This document shows positions 38,422-48,962 of a stretch of 64,000 nucleotides of DNA, piece after piece. The stretch is from Gammaproteobacteria bacterium (lineage in GTDB: Bacteria; Pseudomonadota; Gammaproteobacteria; Poriferisulfidales; GCA-002705445), in assembly GCA_018675635.1 (NCBI GenBank), contig JABGXU010000008.1:2544-66543 (forward strand), in the 5' to 3' direction. Position numbers and translations under genes: made by a program. Under the pieces are notes generated by a model. It had not been told where the DNA came from. It saw only the letters and a list, made by a program, of their open reading frames with translations, and ran no database searches. Positions within the stretch are counted from its first letter, which is position 1. Each line of letters begins with the position of its first letter.

Positions 38422-40485
38422 CTACACTTTCCCAATTTCTATTTCTTCGGTTATCCACCTTTTAGCTAATAATTCAGATGTTTTATCAGAGACCATTTCT
38501 GAACACTCTTTAGTATCTTTTAAAAATTTATAATCTCTTGTTATATTGGCTATTTTATAATTAATATCTCCTTTTTGTTTCTTTCCCAGTATTTCTCCAG
38601 GACCCCTTATTTCTAGGTCTTCTCTAGCAATATCAAAACCATCACTACATCTTCTTAAAATATCTATTCTATTTTTAGCTATCTCACTTAACCCTGGTTT
38701 ATAAATCAATATACATGTACTTTTTTTCTTCCCTCTACCCACTCTACCTCTGAGTTGATGTAATTGTGATAACCCCATTCTTTCTGAATTTTCTATAATA
38801 ATTACTGTTGCATTGGGAACATCTAACCCAACTTCAATTATTGTTGTAGATACTAATAAATTTATTTTTCGATCTCTAAAATTATGCATTGCTTTTTCTT
38901 TTTCATTTAATTTCATACTTCCATGAATAAGACCAATATTAATATCTTTAAGCTCCTTACTTAATTCATGGTATGTATTAACTGCGGCTTTGCATTCTAA
39001 AATCTCAGACTCATTTATTAATGGGCATACCCAGTAAACTTGATTTCCATCTTTGCACTGAGCAATAATTCTTTCAAAAATCTCCTCTCTTCTATTCTCT
39101 GACAAAGCTATTGTAATAATTTCTTCGCGTCCACTAGGCATTTCATCTATTACTGAATAATCTAAATTTCCATACAATGTCATTGCTAAAGTTCTTGGAA
39201 TTGGGGTTGCTGTTAAAATTAATTGATGTGGATATTTATCAGAATTTTTCCCTTTTGAAGTAAGTGTCATTCTTTGATGCACTCCAAATTTATGCTGCTC
39301 ATCAATGATAACTAACGCCAAATCAAAAAACTTTATTTGATTTTGTATTAAAGCATGAGTACCTATAATTAAATCTATATTACCCAATTTTATATCTTCT
39401 ATTATTGTTTCTTTTTCTTTTGCTTTCATTCCCCCATACAATAAAGAGATACTAATATCGAAATCCTCCATCATTTGTCTAATACTTTGAAAATGTTGTT
39501 CAGAAAGAATTTCTGTAGGGGCCATAAAAGCAACTTGATAACCATTACTAATAGCATGCAAAGCGGCAAACAAAGCTACAAGAGTTTTCCCAGACCCAAC
39601 ATCACCTTGAACAAGCCTCATCATAGGAGTTTTATTTTGCATATCCTTAATAATTTCTTCCATTACTTTAATTTGTGAGTTTGTCGGCTCAAATGGTAAT
39701 TTACTAATAAGTTTTTTAATAGGCTTATCATCGTTATTTAATTGAAATGATAAAAGAGTTTTGTTATATGATCTAATTCTTTTAAATATTAATTGATGAG
39801 CAAGCAATTCTTCAAAAACAAGCCTCTTTTTATTTTCATTATTAGAGCTGACTAAATCATCATATATAATGTTTTTATCAGGCTTATGAATATTTAATAA
39901 TGCAGAATTAATGTCCACAAGATTATATTTGTTTAAAATATTTTTTGATAATATCTCTGGAAACGAAATTTTATTCGATTTTAATAGACATAAAGATTGT
40001 TTAATAAAATTTCTAATACTAAATTGATGCAAACCATCAGTTATTGGGTATATTGGAGTTAAATACTTATCTAATTCAGGAATACTATCTGGAGAAAAAA
40101 ATTGACACTCAGGGTGTACCATTTCTTTAATTTTATTAGAAAATCTCAATTCCCCAAAACATCTAATTAATCTTCCTTCAGAAAAATTAGCCATTTGACT
40201 TTTATTAAAATAAAAAAATCTTAGTTGTATAAAACCAGTATCATCAGAAACTCTAACTACAAACATTCTTTTTTTATAAAATATTATGTTTGCTTTTTCA
40301 ACAACCCCTTCAATTAAATATTTTTTACCTTCGACTAAAGAAGATATTTTTGTTATTTTTGTTTTATCTTGATATCGAATTGGCAAATGAAATAATAAAT
40401 CCTCAACAGATTTTATACCTATCTTATTTAACTTGATTAACGATTTCTTTCCTATTCCTTTAAGATCCAAAAGGCTAGTGGTCAT
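38422..40485 (-). CDS. recG: ATP-dependent DNA helicase RecG
   Basis: LVQGDVGSGKT, DEQHKFG, TATPIPRTL, QLHQLRGRVGRG and DLEIRGPGE motifs. Confidence 0.98.
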   Translation of the reverse strand: MTTSLLDLKGIGKKSLIKLNKIGIKSVEDLLFHLPIRYQDKTKITKISSLVEGKKYLIEGVVEKANIIFYKKRMFVVRVSDDTGFIQLRFFYFNKSQMANFSEGRLIRCFGELRFSNKIKEMVHPECQFFSPDSIPELDKYLTPIYPITDGLHQFSIRNFIKQSLCLLKSNKISFPEILSKNILNKYNLVDINSALLNIHKPDKNIIYDDLVSSNNENKKRLVFEELLAHQLIFKRIRSYNKTLLSFQLNNDDKPIKKLISKLPFEPTNSQIKVMEEIIKDMQNKTPMMRLVQGDVGSGKTLVALFAALHAISNGYQVAFMAPTEILSEQHFQSIRQMMEDFDISISLLYGGMKAKEKETIIEDIKLGNIDLIIGTHALIQNQIKFFDLALVIIDEQHKFGVHQRMTLTSKGKNSDKYPHQLILTATPIPRTLAMTLYGNLDYSVIDEMPSGREEIITIALSENRREEIFERIIAQCKDGNQVYWVCPLINESEILECKAAVNTYHELSKELKDINIGLIHGSMKLNEKEKAMHNFRDRKINLLVSTTIIEVGLDVPNATVIIIENSERMGLSQLHQLRGRVGRGKKKSTCILIYKPGLSEIAKNRIDILRRCSDGFDIAREDLEIRGPGEILGKKQKGDINYKIANITRDYKFLKDTKECSEMVSDKTSELLAKRWITEEIEIGKV

Positions 40486-40490
40486 CAGAA

Positions 40491-40874
40491 TTATTTTACA
40501 GACGCTATAGCATCTATTTCTATTAGAGCACCTTTAGGTAAACCTTTTACTTCTATTGCTGCTCTGGCTGGATATGGTTTTTTAAAAATTTTTTCCATGT
40601 GTTCATTTACTTTCCCAAAGTGTTCTAAATTTGTTAAATAAACATTAAGTTTTAATATTTTTTCTAAGGAAGAGTCAGATGCTTCTAAAACATAATTTAA
40701 ATTTATAAAAACTTGATTAATTTGTTCGCTAACATCTTCAGAAACTAACTTCATAGTTTCTGGATTTAAGGGTATCTGCCCTGACAAAAAAACTAAATCT
40801 CCTGATTTCACTGCTTGTGAGTATGCTCCTATTGCTGAGGGCGCTTTTTCTGTATGTATATATTCTTTGCTCAT
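40491..40874 (-). CDS. RidA family enamine/imine deaminase
   Basis: APSAIGAYSQA, SGQIPL, PYPARAA and LPKGALIEID motifs. Confidence 0.94.
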   Translation of the reverse strand: MSKEYIHTEKAPSAIGAYSQAVKSGDLVFLSGQIPLNPETMKLVSEDVSEQINQVFINLNYVLEASDSSLEKILKLNVYLTNLEHFGKVNEHMEKIFKKPYPARAAIEVKGLPKGALIEIDAIASVK

Positions 40875-43054
40875 TATCCAACAGTCCTCATTACTTTATT
40901 TACATTTTTTAATTTTTTAAGATCTTTAATCACATCTGCTAAATGTTTCCTGCTTGTAACGCCAATAGTAAATACAAAAGATGCATATGGGTTCTGTACT
41001 TCATCAAATTTAACATTTTCTATATTACATGATAAACGTGAAATTACGTTAGCTACATTTGCTAAAACGCCTCTTTGTTTTTCAGAATATACTCTAATTT
41101 GTGTTTGATATTCTCCTGAAACTTCATCGGACCACTCTATATTAATTTTTTTAGCCGATGTTTTCTTTATATTACGGCAAACTGATCGATGAACAACAAA
41201 GCCATTTCCAGATGATGTTAAACCTATGATGTCATCACCTGGTATAGGACGGCAGCATTTTGCATAATTTAAAACCAGACCCTCTGTTCCTTTAATCGCA
41301 ATTATTTCTTGTCTTTTTGTTCCTAAAACTTTTAAAAGCCAATCATGGTATTTTTGTTTTACATAGCTTTTTTTAATTGCAATATTTTGAGCTGCTAGAT
41401 GTGGAACTATATTTCCTAAACCAATTCCTATAAATAGTTCTTTCTCATCTTTTAAATTATATTCTTTTAATAATCTCTTTATTGATGCGTAAGGAATTTC
41501 TGTAAAACTTGTTCCATAATCATGCAATGATTTGTCTAAAATTCTTAACCCTAAATCTAATGCTTGCTCAGATTTAATACTTTTTAAATAATTTTTTATA
41601 TTAGTTCTAGCTTTAGCTGTAACAACAAATTCCAACCACGATGCGTTTGGTCTTCCTAGCTGTGTAGTTATTATTTCAATTGTTTGGCCAGAAGATAACA
41701 TTGTGCTAAGCGGGACATCTATTCCATTAATTTTAGCAGCTGTACATTTGTTGCCGACATCTGAATGTATTGAATATGCATAGTCTATTACACTACTTCG
41801 ATATGGTAATTCTTTTATATCGCCTTTTGGAGTAAAAACATATATTTCATCAGGAAATAAATCAACTTTAATATTTTCAAGAAAATCAAGGGAGTTTGAC
41901 GTATTTCGCTTCATTTCAATGATTTTTTTCAACCAGTCTCGAGCGTAAGCTTGAGCAGATGAATGCCCTCCTGCCTTATATTGCCAATGTGAAGCAATAC
42001 CAGATTCAGCAAAGTGATCCATTTGCGTTGTTCTAATTTGGACTTCTATTGGAATAGCATTTGGGCCAAATAAAACTGTATGAAGAGCTTGGTATCCATT
42101 TGATTTCGGTATCGCAATATAATCTTTAAATTTTCCAGGGACTGGTTTAAAAAGGTTATGAGTTGCCCCAAATATTCTATAACAATTATCAATTTTACTT
42201 GTAACTACTCTTAGTCCATAAATATCAAAAACAGCATTAAAGCTTAGATTCTTATTTTTCATTTTTTTGTAAATGCTATATGAATTTTTTTCCCTACTAT
42301 ATATTTTTGCCTTTATTCCAAGCTCATTCAATCTAACACTTATTTTTTCTTTAATTTCATCTAATAATTTTAATTTATTTCCTTTATGATTTTGCACTGA
42401 TTTGACAATAATTTTATAACGAAGTGGATTTATAGTTTTAAAAGATATTTCTTCCAGTTCAAGTCTAAGTTTATTCATACCAAGCCTTAAAGCTATGGGA
42501 ACATAAATTTCTAATGTTTCTTTCGCAATTCTGGTCTTTTTCTTCTTAGATAAACAATCTAATGTTCTCATATTATGTAATCTATCAGCTAACTTTACTA
42601 ATATAACTCTTAGATCATCTGACATTGCCAGCATCATTTTGCTAAAATTTTCAGCTTGAGCTTCATCTTGAGATAAAAATTTTATATTATCAATTTTAGT
42701 TAAACCATCAACCAGTCTAGCAATTTCATCGCCAAATCTTTTCTCTATATCATCTTTACCGGTTTTAGTGTCTTCAACAACATCATGGAGAATAGCTGCA
42801 ATAATACTAGCTGAATCCATCTTCATATCGGCTAATATTGAAGCTACTGACAAAGGATGGTTAATATAAGGTTCTCCACTTTTTCTAAGTTGCCCATAAT
42901 GACTAGCATTGCTAAAAGTGTATGCATCTTTAATTAATTCAATCTGCTTATCATCTAAATATATTTTAGATTTTTTTAAAAGATTATTTAGTGCGGGGTT
43001 AGACGAACTCTGCTGACTCAAATTAGTTTTTTTTAAATTTGAAGTTTCAGCCAT
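40874..43054 (-). CDS. spoT: Bifunctional (p)ppGpp synthetase/hydrolase
   Basis: Intact HD motif (LHDVVED), KLADRLHNMRT, NGYQALHT, EVQIRT, TGS and ACT domains; gmk-rpoZ-spoT order. Confidence 0.96.
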   Translation of the reverse strand: MAETSNLKKTNLSQQSSSNPALNNLLKKSKIYLDDKQIELIKDAYTFSNASHYGQLRKSGEPYINHPLSVASILADMKMDSASIIAAILHDVVEDTKTGKDDIEKRFGDEIARLVDGLTKIDNIKFLSQDEAQAENFSKMMLAMSDDLRVILVKLADRLHNMRTLDCLSKKKKTRIAKETLEIYVPIALRLGMNKLRLELEEISFKTINPLRYKIIVKSVQNHKGNKLKLLDEIKEKISVRLNELGIKAKIYSREKNSYSIYKKMKNKNLSFNAVFDIYGLRVVTSKIDNCYRIFGATHNLFKPVPGKFKDYIAIPKSNGYQALHTVLFGPNAIPIEVQIRTTQMDHFAESGIASHWQYKAGGHSSAQAYARDWLKKIIEMKRNTSNSLDFLENIKVDLFPDEIYVFTPKGDIKELPYRSSVIDYAYSIHSDVGNKCTAAKINGIDVPLSTMLSSGQTIEIITTQLGRPNASWLEFVVTAKARTNIKNYLKSIKSEQALDLGLRILDKSLHDYGTSFTEIPYASIKRLLKEYNLKDEKELFIGIGLGNIVPHLAAQNIAIKKSYVKQKYHDWLLKVLGTKRQEIIAIKGTEGLVLNYAKCCRPIPGDDIIGLTSSGNGFVVHRSVCRNIKKTSAKKINIEWSDEVSGEYQTQIRVYSEKQRGVLANVANVISRLSCNIENVKFDEVQNPYASFVFTIGVTSRKHLADVIKDLKKLKNVNKVMRTVG

Positions 43055-43073
43055 ATCATATAGTAATTTATAG

Positions 43074-43514
43074 TTATATTATTTTGTTCGTTTCGGAATT
43101 TTCCTGTTCTTCAGATTTAACTTCTTCAACAACAGTGTCTTCAACTTCATTGGTAATAGCTTGATCATCTTCAGAAACTTCACTAGCTTTTATTACAATT
43201 TCTTCTTCTGGCATTACGCTATCATTAACAACACTATTTTCAGTGTCTGATAATATGCCAGTCTCTTCATTAATTTCGTTTTGAGTAAAAATATCTTTTT
43301 CTTCAGTAATAACAGGTTTTTCATCTAGCATTTCTTCAGTAATATTACCCGCAGCAATTTCTCTTAAAGCAACAACTGTAGCCTTATCATTATCCCATTC
43401 AATAGTTGGCTCTTTCCCATTCATTAGTTGTCTTGCACGCTTACTCGCTACTCTAACCAAATGAAATCTATTATCAACTCTCTCTAAGCAGTCTTCTACT
43501 GTTATTCTAGCCAT
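43074..43514 (-). CDS. rpoZ: RNA polymerase omega subunit with an acidic C-terminal extension
   Basis: MARITVEDC...NRFHLV...KRARQL...[12 protein letters not shown]. Confidence 0.96.
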   Translation of the reverse strand: MARITVEDCLERVDNRFHLVRVASKRARQLMNGKEPTIEWDNDKATVVALREIAAGNITEEMLDEKPVITEEKDIFTQNEINEETGILSDTENSVVNDSVMPEEEIVIKASEVSEDDQAITNEVEDTVVEEVKSEEQENSETNKII

Positions 43515-43559
43515 TTTTTAATACCTTATATTGTTAAATTATTATATGTTAATAATACT

Positions 43560-44186
43560 TTAAAAGTCACTATCTATCAAAGGTTCTTTGCGTATATTAC
43601 TATCTACAAGCATGTCTATATCAAGCAAATAAGATAATAATTGATTCTCAGCGGTCTCAAAATTATTATTTACTACAATATAATCATAATCCTTAGCATG
43701 ATTAATTTCTATTATTGCATTTTTTAATCTTTCTAAGATAACATCCTCTTTATCTGTTCCTCTCCCTCTTAATCTATTTTCTAGTTCTTTTATAGAAGGA
43801 GGAAGAATAAAAATATTTCTTGATAATGGTAATTTTCTTTTAATGATCTGAGCGCCTTGATAGTCAATTTCAAGAATCAAGGTCATATTCTTTTCTAAGA
43901 GCTCTACTACAGAATCAATTAATGTCCCATAATAATTCCCATGCACCTTAGCATATTCCAAATAACTTTCATTTTTAATTTTTAATTTAAAATCATTTTG
44001 ATTTGTAAAAAAATAATCAATGCCATGTTGTTCACCTACCCTAGGATTTCTTGTGGTATGAGAGATACAAACCGATATATTACTATTTTGTAAACATATT
44101 TTTTTAATCAAACTTGTTTTACCTGTGCCAGAAGGAGCAGATATAACGCATAATTTTTTAAATATATCTTTATTAAAATTATTCAT
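43560..44186 (-). CDS. gmk: Guanylate kinase
   Basis: SAPSGTGKTS, SHTTRNPRVGE, YYGT, EIDYQGA and LRGRGTD motifs. Confidence 0.97.
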   Translation of the reverse strand: MNNFNKDIFKKLCVISAPSGTGKTSLIKKICLQNSNISVCISHTTRNPRVGEQHGIDYFFTNQNDFKLKIKNESYLEYAKVHGNYYGTLIDSVVELLEKNMTLILEIDYQGAQIIKRKLPLSRNIFILPPSIKELENRLRGRGTDKEDVILERLKNAIIEINHAKDYDYIVVNNNFETAENQLLSYLLDIDMLVDSNIRKEPLIDSDF

Positions 44187-44242
44187 TTTTTTATTATATC
44201 TATATCAAATTACTATGTCTTAGAAATATAAATAATTAAAAA

Positions 44243-44406
44243 ATAAGAAAACTCACCACTTCTAGCAGAGCAATGGGCTTTATAAAATCATTAGGAGTTA
44301 ATGATTAAAAAGCATATTGCGCTCTAAGTTGGAAGCTATCCTTGTCACAATTGTCTGCTGTAGGATTCGCTTAGTTATCAAGCCCAACTGTCACATAGTT
44401 AGCCAT
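44243..44406. ncRNA. Candidate structured RNA (sRNA or leader) between gmk and pstS
   Basis: Patch of higher GC in an AT-rich spacer, with nested inverted repeats and no ORF longer than 11 codons with ATG; no known family recognised. Confidence 0.4.
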
Positions 44407-44474
44407 AAATTTTACTTTTTTGTTTAGATTTTATGACAAATGTTTTTTTATTAAAATTTTGTAATAAATGATTT

Positions 44475-44508
44475 TTTTAATAATTCTGTAATATAATTAT
44501 GAGATATT
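44475..44508 (+). promoter_or_regulatory. Possible Pho box and -10 element for pstS
   Basis: TTTTAAT-AATT-CTGTAAT (11-bp period) with GATATT 10 nt downstream; more half-sites at 44342, 44388 and 44459; AT-rich context lowers specificity. Confidence 0.4.
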
Positions 44509-44551
44509 CATGTTTCTTTATAACTAACAAAATAACTGGAGATATCAAGAA

Positions 44552-45619
44552 ATGCTAAAAAACATACTGCGTTTTATTCTGTTGATTACGACTATTTCTC
44601 CATCTACGCAGGCTAGGGATCAAATAAATATTGTTGGTTCTTCAACAGTTTATCCATTTGCGATAGTTGTAGCTGAGAAATTTGGAAAAACAACTGAATT
44701 TAAAACACCTAAAATTGAATCAACTGGTTCAGGTGGCGGTTTAAAACTTTTTTGTGCTGGTGTTGGAACACGGCATCCTGATTTCACAAATTCATCAAGA
44801 GCAATTAAAGAAAATGAAATTAAAAAATGTAGAAAAAATAGTGTTGGCGATATAACAGAAGTTAAAGTTGGTTATGACGGCGTTGTAATAGCGAATGCTA
44901 AATCGTCTAAAATATTTAAAATGACTAGAATGGATTTATATTTAGCTTTAGCAGCTGAAATCCCTAATCCAGATGGTTCTGAGACTTTCATTAAAAACCC
45001 ACACAAAACATGGAAAGATGTAAATCCTGAACTACCTACAATTAAAATTGAAGTATTAGGACCTCCCCCTACATCAGGAACAAGAGATGCTTTTGTTGAA
45101 TTAGCAATGGAGAAAGGTGGTTGTAAAAAAATTAAATGGATTAAAGCATTGAAGAAAAATAATAAACAAGAATACAAAGCTAAATGTCATACAATTAGAG
45201 AAGATGGACCATATATTGAAGCTGGTGAAAATGATAATCTAATGATTCAAAAATTAATTTCAAATCCAAAAGCATTAGCTATATTTGGTTTTAGTTTTTT
45301 AGACCAAAATACTGACAAAGTTCAGGGCGCAATTATAAATGGTATAAAGCCAACATTTGAAAATATTTCTTCAGGAAAATATCCTGTATCAAGACCTTTA
45401 TTCTTCTATGTTAAAAATGCTCATTTAGAAACTATTCCAGGTATGAAAGAATATGTTGATATATTTTTAAGTGACGCAGCATCTGGCAATGATGGGTACT
45501 TAACCGAGAAAGGCTTAATTCCTATGCCCAAAAAAGAACGTGCAGAACTTAATCCAAAAGTATTAAACTACACATTAATTGTTGGCGATAAATCTCCATC
45601 AATAGTAAAGGAAAAGTAG
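44552..45619 (+). CDS. pstS: Phosphate ABC transporter substrate-binding protein
   Basis: Signal peptide, IVGSSTVYPF, ESTGSGGG, NSSR, GPPPTSGTRDAF and YPVSRPLFFY motifs; GGAG RBS. Confidence 0.93.
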   Translation: MLKNILRFILLITTISPSTQARDQINIVGSSTVYPFAIVVAEKFGKTTEFKTPKIESTGSGGGLKLFCAGVGTRHPDFTNSSRAIKENEIKKCRKNSVGDITEVKVGYDGVVIANAKSSKIFKMTRMDLYLALAAEIPNPDGSETFIKNPHKTWKDVNPELPTIKIEVLGPPPTSGTRDAFVELAMEKGGCKKIKWIKALKKNNKQEYKAKCHTIREDGPYIEAGENDNLMIQKLISNPKALAIFGFSFLDQNTDKVQGAIINGIKPTFENISSGKYPVSRPLFFYVKNAHLETIPGMKEYVDIFLSDAASGNDGYLTEKGLIPMPKKERAELNPKVLNYTLIVGDKSPSIVKEK

Positions 45620-45664
45620 CTAATTAAAATGCTCAACCCAAAGAATCGAAGTGATTACTCGCTT

Positions 45665-45751
45665 AGTTTTTTTGGTATTTTTGCTATCACTTATTTTCTA
45701 GCATTTAAACTTGCTATTCCTTATAATATAGCAGCTCCAGCGGCACTTATA
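45665..45751 (+). pseudogene. Fragment resembling an Acr3 arsenite efflux transporter
   Basis: Reads SFFGIFAITYFLAFKLAIPYNIAAPAALI within a 53-codon ORF (45629-45790); matches from memory the Acr3 segment just before the G(T/A)SNFFE motif. Confidence 0.6.
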
Positions 45752-45780
45752 GAACAAAACATTATTTTAAGGAAATATAG

Positions 45781-46095
45781 ATGGAAATAATTAAAAAAAC
45801 AGATAATTACACTATCTACAAGAAAAAATCAGGTAGGTATGCTGTTAAAAATAAAGAAGAAAAATATTTAACAGACAAAGAAAAAATAGAAATTTTATTA
45901 GAAGAAAAACTTATAAAATTATCACCAAGAAAAAAACCTGTTGAGGAACCAGCTCCACCTGCTAAAGCAGTTAAAACTGAAGAAACTCCTATTGAAGAAG
46001 TTAAAACTGAAGAAACTCCTACTAAAGAAGTTAAAACTAAAGAAGTTAAAGCTAAAGCAGTTAAAACTGAAGAAACTCCTACTAAAATTAAATAA
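45781..46095 (+). CDS. Hypothetical protein with a low-complexity repeat tail
   Basis: AAGGA RBS; globular-looking N-terminal ~50 aa (YTIYKKKSGRYAVK), then K/E/T/P repeats. Confidence 0.8.
   Translation: MEIIKKTDNYTIYKKKSGRYAVKNKEEKYLTDKEKIEILLEEKLIKLSPRKKPVEEPAPPAKAVKTEETPIEEVKTEETPTKEVKTKEVKAKAVKTEETPTKIK
45961..46080. repeat. 30-bp tandem repeat x4 (copies 1 and 4 identical)
   Basis: Unit GCTAAAGCAGTTAAAACTGAAGAAACTCCT, encoding AKAVKTEETP. Confidence 0.9.
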
Positions 46096-46113
46096 TTAGT
46101 ATATTTCTTAAGA

Positions 46114-47085
46114 TTATCTTTTTCTATGTACTGAAAAATCAGCAAGATAATTTAGCAAAGAAGCTACTTCTCTATCTTCAACAACTTTTAAATTATTTTT
46201 CGCAAGGTTAACAAACTCTTGTGCTTTATCACCTGATAGTTTTACTGAATCAGTTTCGAAAATTATATCTTTTAAAATTATAAAATCTTTTATTTTTCTT
46301 TTTTGAATTATATCTTTAAGGGTTATCTTTTGTTTTTCGTTGCAGTTATTAAAAGCATATATAAATGGTAGAGTTATTTTTCCACCGCTTAAATCATCAC
46401 CAATGTTTTTCCCAATTTGATTATTTGTATCAGCAGTGTAATCTAAAATATCATCAGCGATTTGAAAAGCTATGCCAATATTTCTTCCATACATGGCAAG
46501 ATTTTTTCTATCTTCATCATTACAATTTGCTAAAACTGCTGAGCACTCGCATAAAGCCTCAAAAAGTGTAGCAGTTTTATATTGAATGACTTTAATATAT
46601 TGGTCTACATTAGTATCAACCTTATCTACACACTCTAGTTGTAAAACCTCGCCTTTTGCTATTGTGTTCGTTGCATGAGACAAAATTCTCATGATTTCCA
46701 TATTATCTAATTCAACCATGATCTCAAAAGCTCTTGAATACAAAAAATCTCCAACTAAAACACTAGCTTCGTTTCCCCATACCTTATTAACTGTATCCTT
46801 ACCTCTTCGTTTTCCTGATAAATCAACAACATCATCATGTAAAAGGGTTGCTGTATGAATAAACTCAATAATCACAGCTAATTTATAAGATTTTTCTTTT
46901 TTTAAATTTAAACAATTCCCAATTATTGCGACCAATAAAGGTCGAATTTTTTTTGATGGAGCACTTATAATGTAATTAGATACTTTTTCAATTAGTTCTA
47001 TATCAGACTCTAAATAACTTAAAATAAGAGCTTTTATAGCTTCTATTTCAGTCTTCATACTATTACTTATAGTATTATAATCCAT
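46114..47085 (-). CDS. ispB: Polyprenyl (octaprenyl)-diphosphate synthase
   Basis: KKIRP, EFIHTATLLHDDVVD, FQIADDILD and GKNIGDDL motifs; divergent from rplU. Confidence 0.95.
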   Translation of the reverse strand: MDYNTISNSMKTEIEAIKALILSYLESDIELIEKVSNYIISAPSKKIRPLLVAIIGNCLNLKKEKSYKLAVIIEFIHTATLLHDDVVDLSGKRRGKDTVNKVWGNEASVLVGDFLYSRAFEIMVELDNMEIMRILSHATNTIAKGEVLQLECVDKVDTNVDQYIKVIQYKTATLFEALCECSAVLANCNDEDRKNLAMYGRNIGIAFQIADDILDYTADTNNQIGKNIGDDLSGGKITLPFIYAFNNCNEKQKITLKDIIQKRKIKDFIILKDIIFETDSVKLSGDKAQEFVNLAKNNLKVVEDREVASLLNYLADFSVHRKR

Positions 47086-47163
47086 GGATAGACCTTTACT
47101 TTATAATGATTTCTTTGAATTCTACTAATTATAACAAAATATCACTATATTCTTAACTATACA

Positions 47164-47192
47164 TTGACCTCTATTTTGCATAAATGTAGAAT
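47164..47192 (+). promoter_or_regulatory. sigma70 promoter of rplU-rpmA
   Basis: TTGACC-17 nt-TAGAAT. Confidence 0.75.
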
Positions 47193-47227
47193 ACACAGCC
47201 TGATATGAAAATTATAAAGAGAATATT

Positions 47228-47542
47228 ATGTATGCTGTTATAAGTACTGGTGGTAAACAATATAGAGTTTCAAAAGGCGACACCATTCAAATTGAAAAAT
47301 TAGATAAAAAAGAAGGCGATACTATACTTTTTGACAAAATACTTTTAATTTCAAATAATGGAAAAGTGAGTATTGGTAAGCCATTTCTAAAAAAAAGTAA
47401 AATAGAAGGCGTTATTGAAGCTCAGGGAAGGGATAAGAAAATTAGTATAATAAAATTTCATAGAAGAAAACACTACAAAAAACAAGCTGGGCATAGACAA
47501 AGTTTTACTCAAGTCAAAATAACAAATATCGCTGAGGATTAA
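47228..47542 (+). CDS. rplU: 50S ribosomal protein L21
   Basis: [14 protein letters not shown]...GHRQ. Confidence 0.98.
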   Translation: MYAVISTGGKQYRVSKGDTIQIEKLDKKEGDTILFDKILLISNNGKVSIGKPFLKKSKIEGVIEAQGRDKKISIIKFHRRKHYKKQAGHRQSFTQVKITNIAED

Positions 47543-47544
47543 AA

Positions 47545-47802
47545 ATGGCTCATAAAAAAGCAGGTGGGAGTACAAGAAACGGAAGAGATTCTGAGTCAAA
47601 AAGACTAGGTGTAAAAAAATACGGAGGCGAACTAGTTAAAGCTGGGAATATTATTATAAGACAGCGTGGAACTAAAATTCATCCAGGAGAAAATGTTGGT
47701 TGCGGCAAAGACCATACACTTTTTGCCAAAACAGCCGGTCATGTTAAATTTTCAATTAAAGGTCAGAAAAATAAAAAATTTGTTAGTATAATTTCTGCAT
47801 AA
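47545..47802 (+). CDS. rpmA: 50S ribosomal protein L27
   Basis: [16 protein letters not shown]...RQRGT. Confidence 0.99.
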   Translation: MAHKKAGGSTRNGRDSESKRLGVKKYGGELVKAGNIIIRQRGTKIHPGENVGCGKDHTLFAKTAGHVKFSIKGQKNKKFVSIISA

Positions 47803-47878
47803 AAATTTAATTTTCCCCAAATAATCTTTTATATTAAAAATCTTATTTTATACGATTAAAGTATAATTAATTCTATAA

Positions 47879-48907
<1,029 letters not shown>

Positions 48908-48962
48908 AAGAGAATTTTTTTATTATTTGTATTAATATAAGACAAAATAGGTTACACAAAAT

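Noticed and set aside
44301..44327. Mini-ORF MIKKHIAL after AGGAG
   Set aside because: SD-to-ATG spacing is only 3 nt, the start is buried in a hairpin, and 8 codons is expected by chance
44243..44406. Assignment of the structured element to 6S, SRP, tmRNA, TPP, ykkC/ppGpp riboswitch or hammerhead classes
   Set aside because: Core consensus sequences (e.g. CUGAGA, CUGANGA/GAAA, GGAAGGAAGCAGC) are absent; only an isolated AAAGCCC resembles ykkC
45961..46080. 30-bp repeats as a possible CRISPR array
   Set aside because: Directly tandem with no unique spacers, in-frame within a CDS, and no cas genes
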